From: Alphaproteobacteria bacterium
GTDB taxonomy: Bacteria > Pseudomonadota > Alphaproteobacteria > GCA-2731375
Reading direction: 5' to 3'
Assembly (NCBI GenBank): GCA_965232515.1
Contig: CBDDPY010000002.1
Location: 3,616,001 to 3,680,000, forward strand
Length of the DNA: 64,000 nucleotides
The position numbers were made by a program, and so were the translations under genes. Each line of letters opens with the position of its first letter. The first letter of the stretch is position 1. Below, one piece after another: positions 40,502 to 50,798 of this stretch. The notes below the pieces were generated by a model. It saw only the letters and a list, made by a program, of their open reading frames with translations, made no database searches and was not told where the DNA came from.

Positions 40502-41926
40502 TCAGCCGAAGGCGTTCAGGAAACGGACGATCTTGCGGGTCCGGTCGCTGAACAGCGACGGCGTGAAGTAGCTGCCGGCGGCGCGCTTGCTGACCTCGCC
40601 CAGCGTCGGGTAGGGCGCGATCATCGAGGCCAGCTTCGAGATCTTCATCTTGTTCGACACCGCCAGCACCCAGGGCTGGATCAGCTCGCCGGCATGCGCG
40701 CCGGCGATCGTCGCGCCCAGAATGCGGCCGTTCTTGGCCGTGATCGCCTTGATCAGACCGTCGGTCAGCCGCTCGGCCTGGGCCCTGTCGTTCTCGGCAT
40801 AGGGCCAGCGCAGCACCCGGATATCGCCGTGCTTCTCTTTCGCGTCCGCCTCGTTGAGGCCGACATGGGCCAGCTCCGGATCCGTGTAGGTGACCCACGG
40901 CACGGCCGAGTGGTCGGCCTTGGCCGGCAGGCGGAACAGGATATTGCGGATCGCGATGCCGGCGTGATAGCCGGCGACATGGGTGAACTGATGGCCGCCG
41001 GCACAGTCGCCGATGGCCCAGATCTTCTTGTTTGTCGTGCGCAGCCGCGCATCGACCTCGATGCCCGTCGGCGCATAGGAAACACCGGCGGCTTCCAGGC
41101 CAAGATCCTCGACATTGGCCTTGCGGCCGGCCGCCAGCAGCAGATGCGTGCCCTCGACCGCGCGCCCGCCGTCGCCGTTTTCGACATCGACGCCGATGCC
41201 GGTGGCGGTCTTGCGCACGCCGACGACGCGGCTGCGTTCCTGAATATCGATACCGTCGCCACGCAGCCGGTTGCGGATCACGGCGACCAGTTCCGGATCG
41301 TCCTTCGGCAGGATGTCGAACATCTCCAGCACCGTCACTTCGGCGCCGAGGTTGCGGTGCGCCTGGGCCATTTCCAGCCCGATCGGGCCGCCGCCGATGA
41401 CGATCAGGTGCTCGGGCACGGCCGTGTTGTCGAAAATCGTCTCGTTGGTGGCGTATGGCACGTCGTCGAGGCCCGGAATCGGCGGCACCAGAGGCCGCGA
41501 GCCGGTGGCGATGACGAAACGCCGGGCCTGGATTTCGCGGTCGTCGGCCCTGATCCTGTCGCGGGCGATGAACTGGCCGGCGGCCTCGATCACGTTGACG
41601 CCCAGGCCCTCGAAGCGTTCGACCGAATCCTGCGGCGCGATGGCGGCGATCACGCCATGCACATGGTCGTGCACCTTCTGGCCGTCGATTACCGGCGCCG
41701 CGCCGTTGACGCCGAAGGCGGCGCCGTGGCGGTGCGCGGCCGCGGCGTGCCCGGCCGCCAACAGCGCCTTCGACGGCACACAGCCGTAGTTCAGGCAGTC
41801 GCCGCCCATCTTGTGCTTTTCCAGCAGCACCACGGAGGCGCCCAACTGACTGGCGCCGGCCGCGACCGAGAGGCCGCCCGAGCCGGCGCCGATAACGCAG
41901 AGATCCACCTTCAGCGCGTCGGCCAT
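40502..41926 (-). CDS. Pyridine nucleotide-disulfide oxidoreductase (dihydrolipoamide dehydrogenase/mercuric reductase-like)
   Basis: GAGSGG, GGDCLNYGCVPSK, GGGPIG, YPTLGE motifs. Confidence 0.9.
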   Translation of the reverse strand: MADALKVDLCVIGAGSGGLSVAAGASQLGASVVLLEKHKMGGDCLNYGCVPSKALLAAGHAAAAHRHGAAFGVNGAAPVIDGQKVHDHVHGVIAAIAPQDSVERFEGLGVNVIEAAGQFIARDRIRADDREIQARRFVIATGSRPLVPPIPGLDDVPYATNETIFDNTAVPEHLIVIGGGPIGLEMAQAHRNLGAEVTVLEMFDILPKDDPELVAVIRNRLRGDGIDIQERSRVVGVRKTATGIGVDVENGDGGRAVEGTHLLLAAGRKANVEDLGLEAAGVSYAPTGIEVDARLRTTNKKIWAIGDCAGGHQFTHVAGYHAGIAIRNILFRLPAKADHSAVPWVTYTDPELAHVGLNEADAKEKHGDIRVLRWPYAENDRAQAERLTDGLIKAITAKNGRILGATIAGAHAGELIQPWVLAVSNKMKISKLASMIAPYPTLGEVSKRAAGSYFTPSLFSDRTRKIVRFLNAFG

Positions 41927-41979
41927 CTACACTCCCTAATAAACAAACGAATGCTAGGTGCCGGGAAATTAATCTCGCG

Positions 41980-42720
41980 TCAACCGGCCGCCTGTTTCCG
42001 CGCCTTGATGCGCTTGTAAACAACCGGGATCAGCGCCAGCACGGCGAGGCCGATAATCGGGCCCAGAATTTCCGGCTTGAAGATGATTCCGAGATCCGGC
42101 GTCTCGCCGGCGTCGAACACCGCGCCCAGGCCGTTGCCGACGCTGGCATAGACGAACGTGCCGGGCATGATGCCGAAGAAGGTGCCGATCACGTAGGTCC
42201 TGAGCGGCACGCCCAGGAACGCCGGCACCAGATTGACCACGAAAAAAGGAAACAGCGGCACCAGGCGCAGCACCAGCAGATAGCTGAGCGCGTTTTCCTG
42301 GAACCCTTCTTCCATCTTCCGCACCCAGGGCCCGGCCTTGGCGCGCAGCACGTCGCCAAGCGCGGTCTTTGCGGCGATGAACAGGATGGTGGCGCCGATG
42401 GTGGCGCCGATGACGACACATATCCCACCCAGCCAGACGCCGAACAGAAAACCGCCCAGCAGGGTCATGACCGCGCCGCCCGGCAGCGAGAACGCCACCA
42501 CCACGATGTAAGCCGCGAGAAAAATCACAACTGCCAGCACGGCATTGGCGGCGACATAGTCCGTCAATGCCACCCGGTGCTCGCTCAGCACCTCGAATGA
42601 CAGGTAACGCTGGCCGCCTGCGGCAAAGAACGCAACCAGACCCGCCGCCAGGATCAATACCGGCAACAGGCGCTTGAACGAAAAGCCTCCCTTGTCGCCG
42701 TCGGAGGATGGCTCGCTCAT
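41980..42720 (-). CDS. TVP38/TMEM64 (DedA/VTT) membrane protein
   Basis: SLPGGAVMTLLGGFLFG, LRLVPLFPFFVVN, GIMPGTFVY motifs. Confidence 0.92.
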   Translation of the reverse strand: MSEPSSDGDKGGFSFKRLLPVLILAAGLVAFFAAGGQRYLSFEVLSEHRVALTDYVAANAVLAVVIFLAAYIVVVAFSLPGGAVMTLLGGFLFGVWLGGICVVIGATIGATILFIAAKTALGDVLRAKAGPWVRKMEEGFQENALSYLLVLRLVPLFPFFVVNLVPAFLGVPLRTYVIGTFFGIMPGTFVYASVGNGLGAVFDAGETPDLGIIFKPEILGPIIGLAVLALIPVVYKRIKARKQAAG

Positions 42721-43586
42721 GGTTCCACCTTTTTGTCCATCATGACGAATTCGGCGTGGTTATTCACGTCGTTCAGCATCCAGTCGTAGCTGTCGCCGCT
42801 GATCCGGCGGATGCCGTCAAGCTGGGCCAGCAGATCGGGCTTGGCGTACTTCTTGATATGCGCGATGACGCCCGCGTCGTTGCCGCCGAAGTCGACTTCG
42901 AACCAGTCATAGATGCTCGAGACCCTGAGTTTGCCCCGCCGCACCCGCACACCGCGCGGATTGTTGATGAAGGCAACCGCGCCCGCGTCCAGCATCGTGT
43001 CCAGGGTGGCGCTCGTATAGGCCGTATCGGCCAGGTTCGGACAGCCGACGGCGGCGCAGTTGACGCCATAGTGAATGCGGGGATCTTGCCATATCGGCCG
43101 CAGGATGCGGTGCTCGATGTCGTCCAGGCTCAGCTTTTCACCCTCGACCGTCACCAGCTTGGCGCCCCAGGGGCCGGACGAGAAGAAGCCCGGCGAGATG
43201 CGGATGTCCTTGATCGACTCCACCGGATAGTGCTCGAGAACGGTCTGGATGGTCAGTGCGTTGTAGAGGTTAATCCAGTAGGCCTTCTGCTCGGTCCGGT
43301 TCAGCTTGCTGACCTCGGTCCGGGCGAGGCCGTCGATATAGCTGTCCAGCACCTTGCTTTCGTCCCGATCGACGGCCTGGTAGTCGAACCGGTTGACGCC
43401 GCTGATGTCGGTCTTGATGTAGCGACCCAGCAGCCGCGACCAGACCGAGTGGTCGATGATTTGGGTGGAATTGGCGTCATGCGCCGTCCAGCGCTCCCAC
43501 AGATCCGGCTTTGGCGCGGCCTGCGCGGAATTCACGACCAGAAAAAAGACGGCGGCGGTGGCGACAGCGAAGCTACGAATACGCAT
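42717..43586 (-). CDS. DUF547 domain secreted protein
   Basis: AYWINLYNALT, SLDDIEHRILR, DPRIHYGVNCAAVGCP, YDWMLN motifs. Confidence 0.92.
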   Translation of the reverse strand: MRIRSFAVATAAVFFLVVNSAQAAPKPDLWERWTAHDANSTQIIDHSVWSRLLGRYIKTDISGVNRFDYQAVDRDESKVLDSYIDGLARTEVSKLNRTEQKAYWINLYNALTIQTVLEHYPVESIKDIRISPGFFSSGPWGAKLVTVEGEKLSLDDIEHRILRPIWQDPRIHYGVNCAAVGCPNLADTAYTSATLDTMLDAGAVAFINNPRGVRVRRGKLRVSSIYDWFEVDFGGNDAGVIAHIKKYAKPDLLAQLDGIRRISGDSYDWMLNDVNNHAEFVMMDKKVEP

Positions 43587-43932
43587 CACGATTACGGCCC
43601 TCATTTAGTGACTACAGTCATGTCTGCCGGGAACTTGCCGTTTTCGTACGCGGATCGCACGGTTTGCTTTCCGTGACCGCGGCGGTCGTCCCCTTCCACC
43701 CAGATGTATTATGCATTTCGGCGCCCGATTTCAGCGACGATAAAGCAAACGTGAAAGTACGGGCGGCAAGCGTGAGCGGGCCGTGAGACCCGCCGGATCC
43801 GGCGGTCCCGGCCAGCGTCGGCACGCCCGGGGACGACGGTGGGCGGCGTTGACTCGGCCCTGGCGAGCGCTTATACAGCGGGCCTTGATTTCGGCGCCAT
43901 GGGGCCGAAGTCGGAACCACGGAGTCGTACCG

Positions 43933-44067
43933 GTGAAACGGACCTATCAACCGAGCAAACTCGTGCGCAAACGGCGCCACGGCTTTCGGGCCCGCATGGC
44001 GACCGTCGGCGGCCGCCGCATCGTGGCCAACCGCCGCGCCAAGGGTCGCAAGCGCCTCTCGGCCTGA
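43933..44067 (+). CDS. rpmH: 50S ribosomal protein L34
   Basis: GTG start; [23 protein letters not shown]...KGRKRLSA. Confidence 0.97.
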   Translation: MKRTYQPSKLVRKRRHGFRARMATVGGRRIVANRRAKGRKRLSA

Positions 44068-44071
44068 CCGC

Positions 44072-44488
44072 ATGCCGGCCGCCGTCGGCCGCCTGAAACG
44101 GCGGGCGGAATTCCTGCGTGTCGCCGGCGCCAAGCGCCGGTTCATCACTCCCGGCCTGGTCTTGCAGATGCGTCCGTGGGCCTCGGACGCGCTGGAAGGG
44201 GACGAACAGGTGCAGCACAGCCTCCGGCTCGGCTTTACCGTCAGCAAGAAGGTCGGCAACGCGGTCGAACGGAACCGCGCCCGCCGCCGGCTGCGCGCGG
44301 CGGCCGCCGACGTCATGGGGCATTGCGCCGAACCGCGTCGCGACTATGTAATCATCGGACGGCGGGCCGCCCTCTCGCGACCGTATCCGGCTTTGCTGCA
44401 GGATCTGAAAACGGCGTTGCGCAGGCTGAAGGCCTGCCGGGCCGATGCGGGTGGCGAGGCTGGGCCGGCCCCTGACCGCCAGCCGTGA
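44072..44488 (+). CDS. rnpA: Ribonuclease P protein component
   Basis: RLKRRAEF, LGFTVSKKVGNAVERNRARRRLR. Confidence 0.96.
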   Translation: MPAAVGRLKRRAEFLRVAGAKRRFITPGLVLQMRPWASDALEGDEQVQHSLRLGFTVSKKVGNAVERNRARRRLRAAAADVMGHCAEPRRDYVIIGRRAALSRPYPALLQDLKTALRRLKACRADAGGEAGPAPDRQP

Positions 44489-44500
44489 GGCCATGATCCG

Positions 44501-44737
44501 ATGAGTCTCCTCGCGCATTTTCTGACGCTGCTTGTCCGCGGCTATCAGCTGTTGCTGTCGCCCTATCTCGGCGGCACCTGCCGATATCAGCCGAGCTGTT
44601 CCCGCTACGCCCTCGACGCGCTGCGTCGGCACGGCGCGCTGCGTGGCGGCTGGCTCACGTTGCGCCGCCTGGGGCGCTGTCATCCACTCGGCGGCATGGG
44701 CTACGACCCGGTGCCGCCGGCCAAATCAGCCGAGTAG
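44501..44737 (+). CDS. yidD: Membrane protein insertion efficiency factor
   Basis: [16 protein letters not shown]...RCHP..G.GYDPVP. Confidence 0.95.
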   Translation: MSLLAHFLTLLVRGYQLLLSPYLGGTCRYQPSCSRYALDALRRHGALRGGWLTLRRLGRCHPLGGMGYDPVPPAKSAE

Positions 44738-44742
44738 AACGC

Positions 44743-46482
44743 ATGGCCGACCAACGCAACCTGATCATGGCGATCGTGATTTCGCTCGCGATCCTGGTCG
44801 GCTGGACGATGTTCTTCGAACAGACGCTGGTGCCGCCGCCGCCCACGACGGAACAGCAGGCCGGCACGCAGCAGGCGCCCACGGGCGACGCCACGGTTCC
44901 AGTGCCGACCGCGCCGACGGGCGCGCCCACCGTGCCGGGCGTACCGCCGACTGCCGATCCTTCGGCCGTCCGCGACGCGGCGCTCGCCGAGGTGCCGCGA
45001 ATTCGCATCGAGACGCCCCGGCTCAGCGGCTCGATCTCGCTGCGCGACGGCCGCATCGACGACCTGACGCTCAACGAATACAAGGTCAACCAAACACCCG
45101 ACAGTCCCGACGTGACGCTGCTGTCACCGCGCGGTAGCCAGTTGCCCTACTTCGCCCGCTTTGGCTGGGTCGCGCCGGCCGGCGCCGAGCTCAAGCTGCC
45201 CGACGGCGATACGGTCTGGACCGCCAACCGCGACGTACTGACGCCCGAGACGCCGGTCACCTTGACTTGGGACAATGGCGAGGGCTTACGCTTCGTCCGC
45301 GTCTACGAGCTGGACAAGGACTACATGTTCACGATCCGCCAGCGCATTGTGAACAACTCGGACCAGCCGATCAGCCTACACCCGTTCGGCCTGGTGCAGA
45401 GGACCGGTCAGCCGGACACGTTCCAGCTCTACATCCTGCACGAAGGGCCGATTGGCGTCATGAACGAGACGCTGGACGAGGTCGACTACGACGACGTGCA
45501 GGACGCCGGCAAGATCGAATACCGGACGCCGAACGGCTGGATCGGCATCACCGACAAATACTGGCTGACCGCGCTGGTGCCGGACCAGGACAGCGAATTC
45601 ACCGCCGCCCACCGCTATCTTGAGGGCGACCGGTTCCAGTCCGACTATCTGAGAGACCTGGAGACCGTGCCGGCCGGCGGCAGCGCCGAGGTCGTCAACC
45701 GGCTATTCGCCGGCGCCAAGGTCGTCAATCTGCTCGACAGCTATCGCGACCGCTACAACATCCCGCTGTTCGACCGTGCCGTCGACTTCGGCTGGTTTTT
45801 CTTCCTGACCATTCCGCTGTTCCACGTCCTGCACTACTTCTACCTGCTGATCGGCAACTTCGGCCTGGCGATCCTGCTGCTGACGGTCTGCGTCAAGCTG
45901 GTGTTCTTCCCGCTCGCCAACAAGTCCTACAAGGCGATGAGCAAGATGAAGGCGCTGGCGCCGGAGATGACCAAGCTGCGCGACAAGTACGGCGACGACC
46001 GGCAGAAGATGAATCAGGAGCTGATGGCCCTCTACAAGAAGGAGAAGGTCAATCCGGCCTCCGGCTGTCTGCCGATCCTGATCCAGATCCCGGTGTTCTT
46101 CGCGCTCTACAAGGTGCTCTACGTCACCATCGAGATGCGGCACGCGCCGTTCTACGGCTGGATCCAGGATCTGTCGGCGCCCGATCCGACGACCATGTTC
46201 AACCTGTTCGGCCTGATTCCCTGGTCGCCGCCGGACTTCCTGATGATCGGCATCTGGCCGCTGCTGATGGGCATCAGCATGTTCGCCCAGCAGAAGCTGA
46301 ACCCACAGCCGACCGATCCGGTGCAGGCCAAGGTCTTCCTGCTCATGCCGATCCTGTTCACCTTCCTGCTGGCGCAGTTCCCGGCCGGTCTGGTGATCTA
46401 CTGGACCTGGAACAACCTGCTGTCCATGGCCCAGCAGTACCTGATCATGAAACGCATGGGCGTGCCGATCGGAAACAGCTAG
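44743..46482 (+). CDS. yidC: Membrane protein insertase YidC
   Basis: DFGW, NFGLAI, NPASGCLP, WIQDLSAPD, PAGLVIYWTWNN motifs. Confidence 0.97.
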   Translation: MADQRNLIMAIVISLAILVGWTMFFEQTLVPPPPTTEQQAGTQQAPTGDATVPVPTAPTGAPTVPGVPPTADPSAVRDAALAEVPRIRIETPRLSGSISLRDGRIDDLTLNEYKVNQTPDSPDVTLLSPRGSQLPYFARFGWVAPAGAELKLPDGDTVWTANRDVLTPETPVTLTWDNGEGLRFVRVYELDKDYMFTIRQRIVNNSDQPISLHPFGLVQRTGQPDTFQLYILHEGPIGVMNETLDEVDYDDVQDAGKIEYRTPNGWIGITDKYWLTALVPDQDSEFTAAHRYLEGDRFQSDYLRDLETVPAGGSAEVVNRLFAGAKVVNLLDSYRDRYNIPLFDRAVDFGWFFFLTIPLFHVLHYFYLLIGNFGLAILLLTVCVKLVFFPLANKSYKAMSKMKALAPEMTKLRDKYGDDRQKMNQELMALYKKEKVNPASGCLPILIQIPVFFALYKVLYVTIEMRHAPFYGWIQDLSAPDPTTMFNLFGLIPWSPPDFLMIGIWPLLMGISMFAQQKLNPQPTDPVQAKVFLLMPILFTFLLAQFPAGLVIYWTWNNLLSMAQQYLIMKRMGVPIGNS

Positions 46483-47141
46483 TGGCGGATCCAGCCACCG
46501 AAGCCGAGGCGGCGGCCGCCGCCGCGATCGAACGCGGCCGTCTGCTGTTCGCCCGCGCGAGCGAATTCGTCACCGGCGTCGCCCGCATCGATCAACTGCC
46601 CGATTCCGACCTGGTGGAGGTGGCCTTCGCGGGCCGCTCGAACGTCGGCAAATCGAGTCTTTTGAACGCCGTGACCGGCCGCAAGGCGCTGGCCCGCACC
46701 TCGCACACGCCGGGCCGCACGCGCGAGATCAACTTCTTTTCCGTCGATGGCCGGCTCCACCTGGTCGACCTGCCGGGCTACGGCTATGCGCGGGCGTCGA
46801 AGACCGACATCGCCCGCTGGACCCGGCTGATCCACGACTACCTCAGAGGCCGGCCGCAGCTCCGGCGCGCCTTCCTATTGATCGACGCCCGCCACGGCAT
46901 CAAGGACACCGACAACGCGGTCATGGACCTGCTCGATACGGCGGCCGTCAGCTACCAGGCGGTGCTGACCAAGGCCGACAAGGTGAAACCGCAGGCGCTG
47001 GAAGCGGTCGTCGCGGCCACAGCGGCGAAACTCGCGAGCCACGGCGCCGCTCATCCCGAGATCATCGTCACCAGCACGGTCAAAGGCGCCGGCATTGCCG
47101 AGCTCAGGGCCGCGCTGGCGCCCCTGGCGGACGGGGCCTGA
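46482..47141 (+). CDS. engB: GTP-binding protein YihA/YsxC
   Basis: GRSNVGKSS, TPGRT, DLPGYG, TKAD motifs. Confidence 0.96.
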   Translation: MADPATEAEAAAAAAIERGRLLFARASEFVTGVARIDQLPDSDLVEVAFAGRSNVGKSSLLNAVTGRKALARTSHTPGRTREINFFSVDGRLHLVDLPGYGYARASKTDIARWTRLIHDYLRGRPQLRRAFLLIDARHGIKDTDNAVMDLLDTAAVSYQAVLTKADKVKPQALEAVVAATAAKLASHGAAHPEIIVTSTVKGAGIAELRAALAPLADGA

Positions 47142-47210
47142 GGGGCCGATCGATCCCGCGCCGGCAACGGCATTTCCAATCGGACACCGACTGCGCTATA
47201 AGGCGCCGCC

Positions 47211-48113
47211 ATGAGCACTGGCGCCCACGATAGCGACCACCTCGCGACCGCCCGGACCCTGTCCGAGGCGTTGCCGTATATGCGCGAGTATGCCGGCGCG
47301 ACCTTCGTTATCAAGTATGGCGGCCACGCCATGGGCGACGACGACCTGGCGGCCCGTTTCGCCCGCGACGTCGTGCTGATCAAGCAGGTCGGCATCAATC
47401 CGGTCGTTGTGCACGGCGGCGGGCCGCAGATCGGCGACATGCTGGAACGGCTGGCGATCAAAAGCGAGTTCGTGGACGGCCTGCGAGTCACCGACAAGGC
47501 CACCGTCGAGATCGTCGAGATGGTGCTCTCCGGCTCGATCAACAAACAGGTCGTCACCGAGATCAACCGCGCTGGCGGCACCGCCATCGGCCTCTCCGGC
47601 AAGGACGGCCGCCTGATCGAGGCCCGGCGGTTGCGGCGCAGCAAACGCGATCCGGATTCGAATATCGAGCGCGTGCTCGATCTGGGCTTTGTCGGCGAGC
47701 CGAGCCAAGTCAATCCCAAGCTGCTGCGCACGCTTGCCGAATCCCACGTGATCCCGGTGATCGCGCCGATCGGCGTCGGCAACAACGGCGAGACCTACAA
47801 CATCAACGCCGACACCGCGGCCGGCGCCGTCGCGGCGACGCTCGGCGCAGCCAAGCTGATCATGCTGACCGATGTCGCCGGCGTGCTCGACCAGGACGGC
47901 GAATTGATTTCCGAGCTGACGCCCGAGCAGGCCGCGACCCGCATGACCGACGGCACCATCACCGGCGGCATGATCCCGAAGCTGGAGACCTGTCTGCAGG
48001 CGGTGGATCAAGGCGTCGATGCGGCCCACATCCTGGACGGCCGCCTGCCGCACGTCCTGTTGTTGGAAATCTTCACCGAAGCCGGCGCCGGCACGAAAAT
48101 CCACCGGTTCTAG
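47211..48113 (+). CDS. argB: Acetylglutamate kinase
   Basis: IKYGG, VHGGGP, GLRVTD, NINAD, GGMIPK motifs. Confidence 0.97.
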   Translation: MSTGAHDSDHLATARTLSEALPYMREYAGATFVIKYGGHAMGDDDLAARFARDVVLIKQVGINPVVVHGGGPQIGDMLERLAIKSEFVDGLRVTDKATVEIVEMVLSGSINKQVVTEINRAGGTAIGLSGKDGRLIEARRLRRSKRDPDSNIERVLDLGFVGEPSQVNPKLLRTLAESHVIPVIAPIGVGNNGETYNINADTAAGAVAATLGAAKLIMLTDVAGVLDQDGELISELTPEQAATRMTDGTITGGMIPKLETCLQAVDQGVDAAHILDGRLPHVLLLEIFTEAGAGTKIHRF

Positions 48114-48142
48114 CTAGCGCTCGGCAAACGCTTCGGTCGCGT

Positions 48143-48220
48143 CTGGATTGCCGGGTCAAGCCCGGCAATGACGAACTTGTGCGACTTGCGCTAACCCATT
48201 CGTCATGCCCGGACTTGATC
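48143..48220. repeat. REP/RPE4-like doublet; second copy split by the IS (remainder at 49483-49502)
   Basis: ctggattgccgggtcaagcccggcaatgacga (48143-48174); tcgtcatgcccggacttgatc|IS|gacttgatccgggcatccag. Confidence 0.88.
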
Positions 48221-49482
48221 CACTGTTGTCCGGTTTAGCCATGGGTGAAGTTGATTTTGAGCTGGCCATTGGATTTGGGCTTGTCGGGCGGTGGGTCGAA
48301 GAGGTGGGCGAGCGGCCTGCGCTGGAAGCTCGTCTTGGCGACCAGTCGGGCGATGGCTTGGAGCCCAAGGCTGGTGCCGGTTCTGATCTGGGCCAGACGC
48401 AGCAGCAGATAAGCGATCAGCGCGGTGAGGATCTGGATGCGCACGGCATTCTCGTTGCTGCCCAGGAAGTGCCGGATCTTCAGGTTCTGCTTGATCCACT
48501 TGAAGAACAGCTCGATCTGCCAGCGTTGTTTGTAAAGCGTGGCGATCTCGCTGGCCGGCGCCGTCAGATCGTTGCTGACGAGCGTGATCTCGCGGCCGCT
48601 GTCGATCACCACGCGGACCAGCCGGACCGGCTTGTCGAACGGGTTCCGGCGGTTGCGCGCCAGCCGTTCGGACAATCGCACGACCTGATCAGCCCGCACC
48701 GGCCCCTCGGCCGCCAGCGGCCGGGTCTCGATCAGCCGCACCGGCGAATTGCGCTTTAGCCGGGTGACGAACCGGCAACCGCGAGCATCGAGCGCGGCCC
48801 AGAAGCCGAAGTCGTAGTAGCCCTTGTCGAACACATAGGTGGCGCCGGCCTCAAGCGGGAAGCGCTTGGCCGGCGTGATGTCGTTGACCTGGGCCGAGGT
48901 CACGGCAAAACACACCGGCCCCGCTACCTGCGGGTCGTAGACCACGTGCAGCTTCACACAGCCATCGGCCTGCCAGCTGCTGATCCGCTTGCCGACCACG
49001 ACCCGGGTCGCATCGATCAACCGCAGCATCTCCCGGCGGCAACGCCCCGACACCTGCTGGTCCAACTGCGCCACCAGCGCCTGCAACACAGCCTCGAACA
49101 ACGCCACAGGCCGCTGCCGATTGGCATCCGACAAGGTCGACCGCCGCACCGGCTTCAGACCCAGATGTGCATGACTGCCCGGAAACCGCTCCATCGCGCC
49201 GACCACCTCGCGCAGAGACTGCGACCCCGACAGCTGCGCAAACACCATGCTCAGAAACTGCGTCCAGCAGGGCAGACGCCGTACCCGGTGGTCGGCTCCG
49301 TGAGCGGTGACAAACTTTTCAAACCGCCAGCGCGGAAAGGCCTTCATCAAGCCGCCGAAAACCGTATCCTGATAGCGCATGGCTTGGGCTCCTCACCGAG
49401 CTTCAATTCAACCGATCGTTCCCAAAATCAGTTGAATCCAAGCCATGCAGCCTGTCCACAAATTCTAAACCGGACAACAGTG
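48221..49482 (-). mobile_element. IS4-family insertion sequence, 1262 bp
   Basis: Perfect 18-bp TIRs CACTGTTGTCCGGTTTAG (48221-48238) / CTAAACCGGACAACAGTG (49465-49482); 9-bp TSD GACTTGATC at 48212-48220 and 49483-49491. Confidence 0.95.
48235..49380 (-). CDS. IS4-family DDE transposase
   Basis: RSTLSDAN, LIDAT, FDKGY, YKQRWQIELFFKWIK (YREK signature); stop codon lies inside the TIR. Confidence 0.95.
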   Translation of the reverse strand: MRYQDTVFGGLMKAFPRWRFEKFVTAHGADHRVRRLPCWTQFLSMVFAQLSGSQSLREVVGAMERFPGSHAHLGLKPVRRSTLSDANRQRPVALFEAVLQALVAQLDQQVSGRCRREMLRLIDATRVVVGKRISSWQADGCVKLHVVYDPQVAGPVCFAVTSAQVNDITPAKRFPLEAGATYVFDKGYYDFGFWAALDARGCRFVTRLKRNSPVRLIETRPLAAEGPVRADQVVRLSERLARNRRNPFDKPVRLVRVVIDSGREITLVSNDLTAPASEIATLYKQRWQIELFFKWIKQNLKIRHFLGSNENAVRIQILTALIAYLLLRLAQIRTGTSLGLQAIARLVAKTSFQRRPLAHLFDPPPDKPKSNGQLKINFTHG

Positions 49483-49535
49483 GACTTGATCCGGGCATCC
49501 AGCGGCATTGATGGCCGGCCAACGCCCGCGCGTCC

Positions 49536-50786
49536 TCACGCGAACGCGTCGAGCTGCCACTTCATGTCTTCTTCGCTCATCGGATAATCGGTGCCGTTGC
49601 GCGCGTAGAGCATCTTGTTCGGCGGCACCTTGCCGGCCTTGCTTTGCAGGCGCATGGCCGTGCGCATGGACAGCCCGGCCTTCCAGCTCAACGCGGTGAT
49701 GGCCTTGGCGCTGCCGGAATTCAGCAGCTTGCGGACGCTCTCCAACGACACCTGGCCGCGCATCGACAGCGCGTGCACGACGAAATCGATCTGACCGACA
49801 TCGATCGCGCCGCTGATGGTTTCATCGTCGAGCTGGCCGGACTTGAACAGCTCCCGGGCACGGGCCTCGTCGGCCGCCTCGACTTCACCGCCAGTCTGAT
49901 CCAGGCGTTTCTTCACGGCCTCCGCCAGCTCGGCCGCCGTATGGTCGTCCAGGTCGTTGCGCTCGGCCAGAATGCTGACCAGGGAAGAGGCGACAAAGCC
50001 GGCGATCCGCCGCACCGCCCGCATCGACAGTTCCGGGCGCATGACCAGGGGCTCGTGCCAGCTGTCGACCTCGGCGGCGTTGTCGATGATGCGGTCCAGC
50101 GTCTCTTCCCGGATCTGCGCGCCCTTGTTGGTCAACAGCGCCGCCACGGCCGGCACGTCCAGCGACGCGACAACCGCATCGGCGACATCGGCGCCAACGT
50201 CGCTGCGCCTGGCGATCGCCGTCATCGCGCCCTGGGCGGTGCCGGCGGCGATGATTTCCAGCAGATCGGCGTCGTTCAACAGCGGCGAGTATTCCAGCAC
50301 CGGCGCCGAGACGATCAGCTCGACGTCCCTGGCGAGCCGGGTGATCACGTTCTTCGGCACATTCGCCGCGGCCTTCAATTGATCTGACAGGATCGCGCGG
50401 ACCCGCGGCAACTGGTCCTGCGCCAGCAAGTCCAGCACCTCGATCGCCTGTTCCCGAACCCGGTTCTGTTCGTCCTCCGGCATATCCGGCACCAGCCGGG
50501 CGATCTTGAGCGCCAGGTCGCAGCGCACCTGGTCGTCGACATCCGTCGCCAGCAGCGCGTCGGCCTGCGCGGGCGTCGACTCGTTGGCGGCGATCGCCCG
50601 CCGGACATCCGGGGAATCGTCCTCGGCCAGGTAATACAGGATCTCCGGCCGGGCATCCGTCCGGCTCGCCAGGTCCAGGCGGACGCTGGCATCGGCATTC
50701 TGAATCTGCTGCCGCTGCTCCTCGTAGCTCAAAGACAGCTGCTCGTCGGCCAGTTTACGCTTGCGGCTGAAAAGCTTCCTCAGCAT
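49536..50786 (-). CDS. DUF2336 domain protein (HEAT-like N-terminus)
   Basis: LARDVELIVSAPVLEYSPLLNDADL..I, AIARR, LLTNKGAQI pattern. Confidence 0.85.
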   Translation of the reverse strand: MLRKLFSRKRKLADEQLSLSYEEQRQQIQNADASVRLDLASRTDARPEILYYLAEDDSPDVRRAIAANESTPAQADALLATDVDDQVRCDLALKIARLVPDMPEDEQNRVREQAIEVLDLLAQDQLPRVRAILSDQLKAAANVPKNVITRLARDVELIVSAPVLEYSPLLNDADLLEIIAAGTAQGAMTAIARRSDVGADVADAVVASLDVPAVAALLTNKGAQIREETLDRIIDNAAEVDSWHEPLVMRPELSMRAVRRIAGFVASSLVSILAERNDLDDHTAAELAEAVKKRLDQTGGEVEAADEARARELFKSGQLDDETISGAIDVGQIDFVVHALSMRGQVSLESVRKLLNSGSAKAITALSWKAGLSMRTAMRLQSKAGKVPPNKMLYARNGTDYPMSEEDMKWQLDAFA

Positions 50787-50798
50787 CCGGTTTCCCCA

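Noticed and set aside
40502-41926. Mercuric reductase merA
   Set aside because: No C-terminal Cys-Cys, no NmerA domain and no mer operon context.
43600-43932. oriC next to rpmH
   Set aside because: No dnaA and no TTATCCACA boxes seen.
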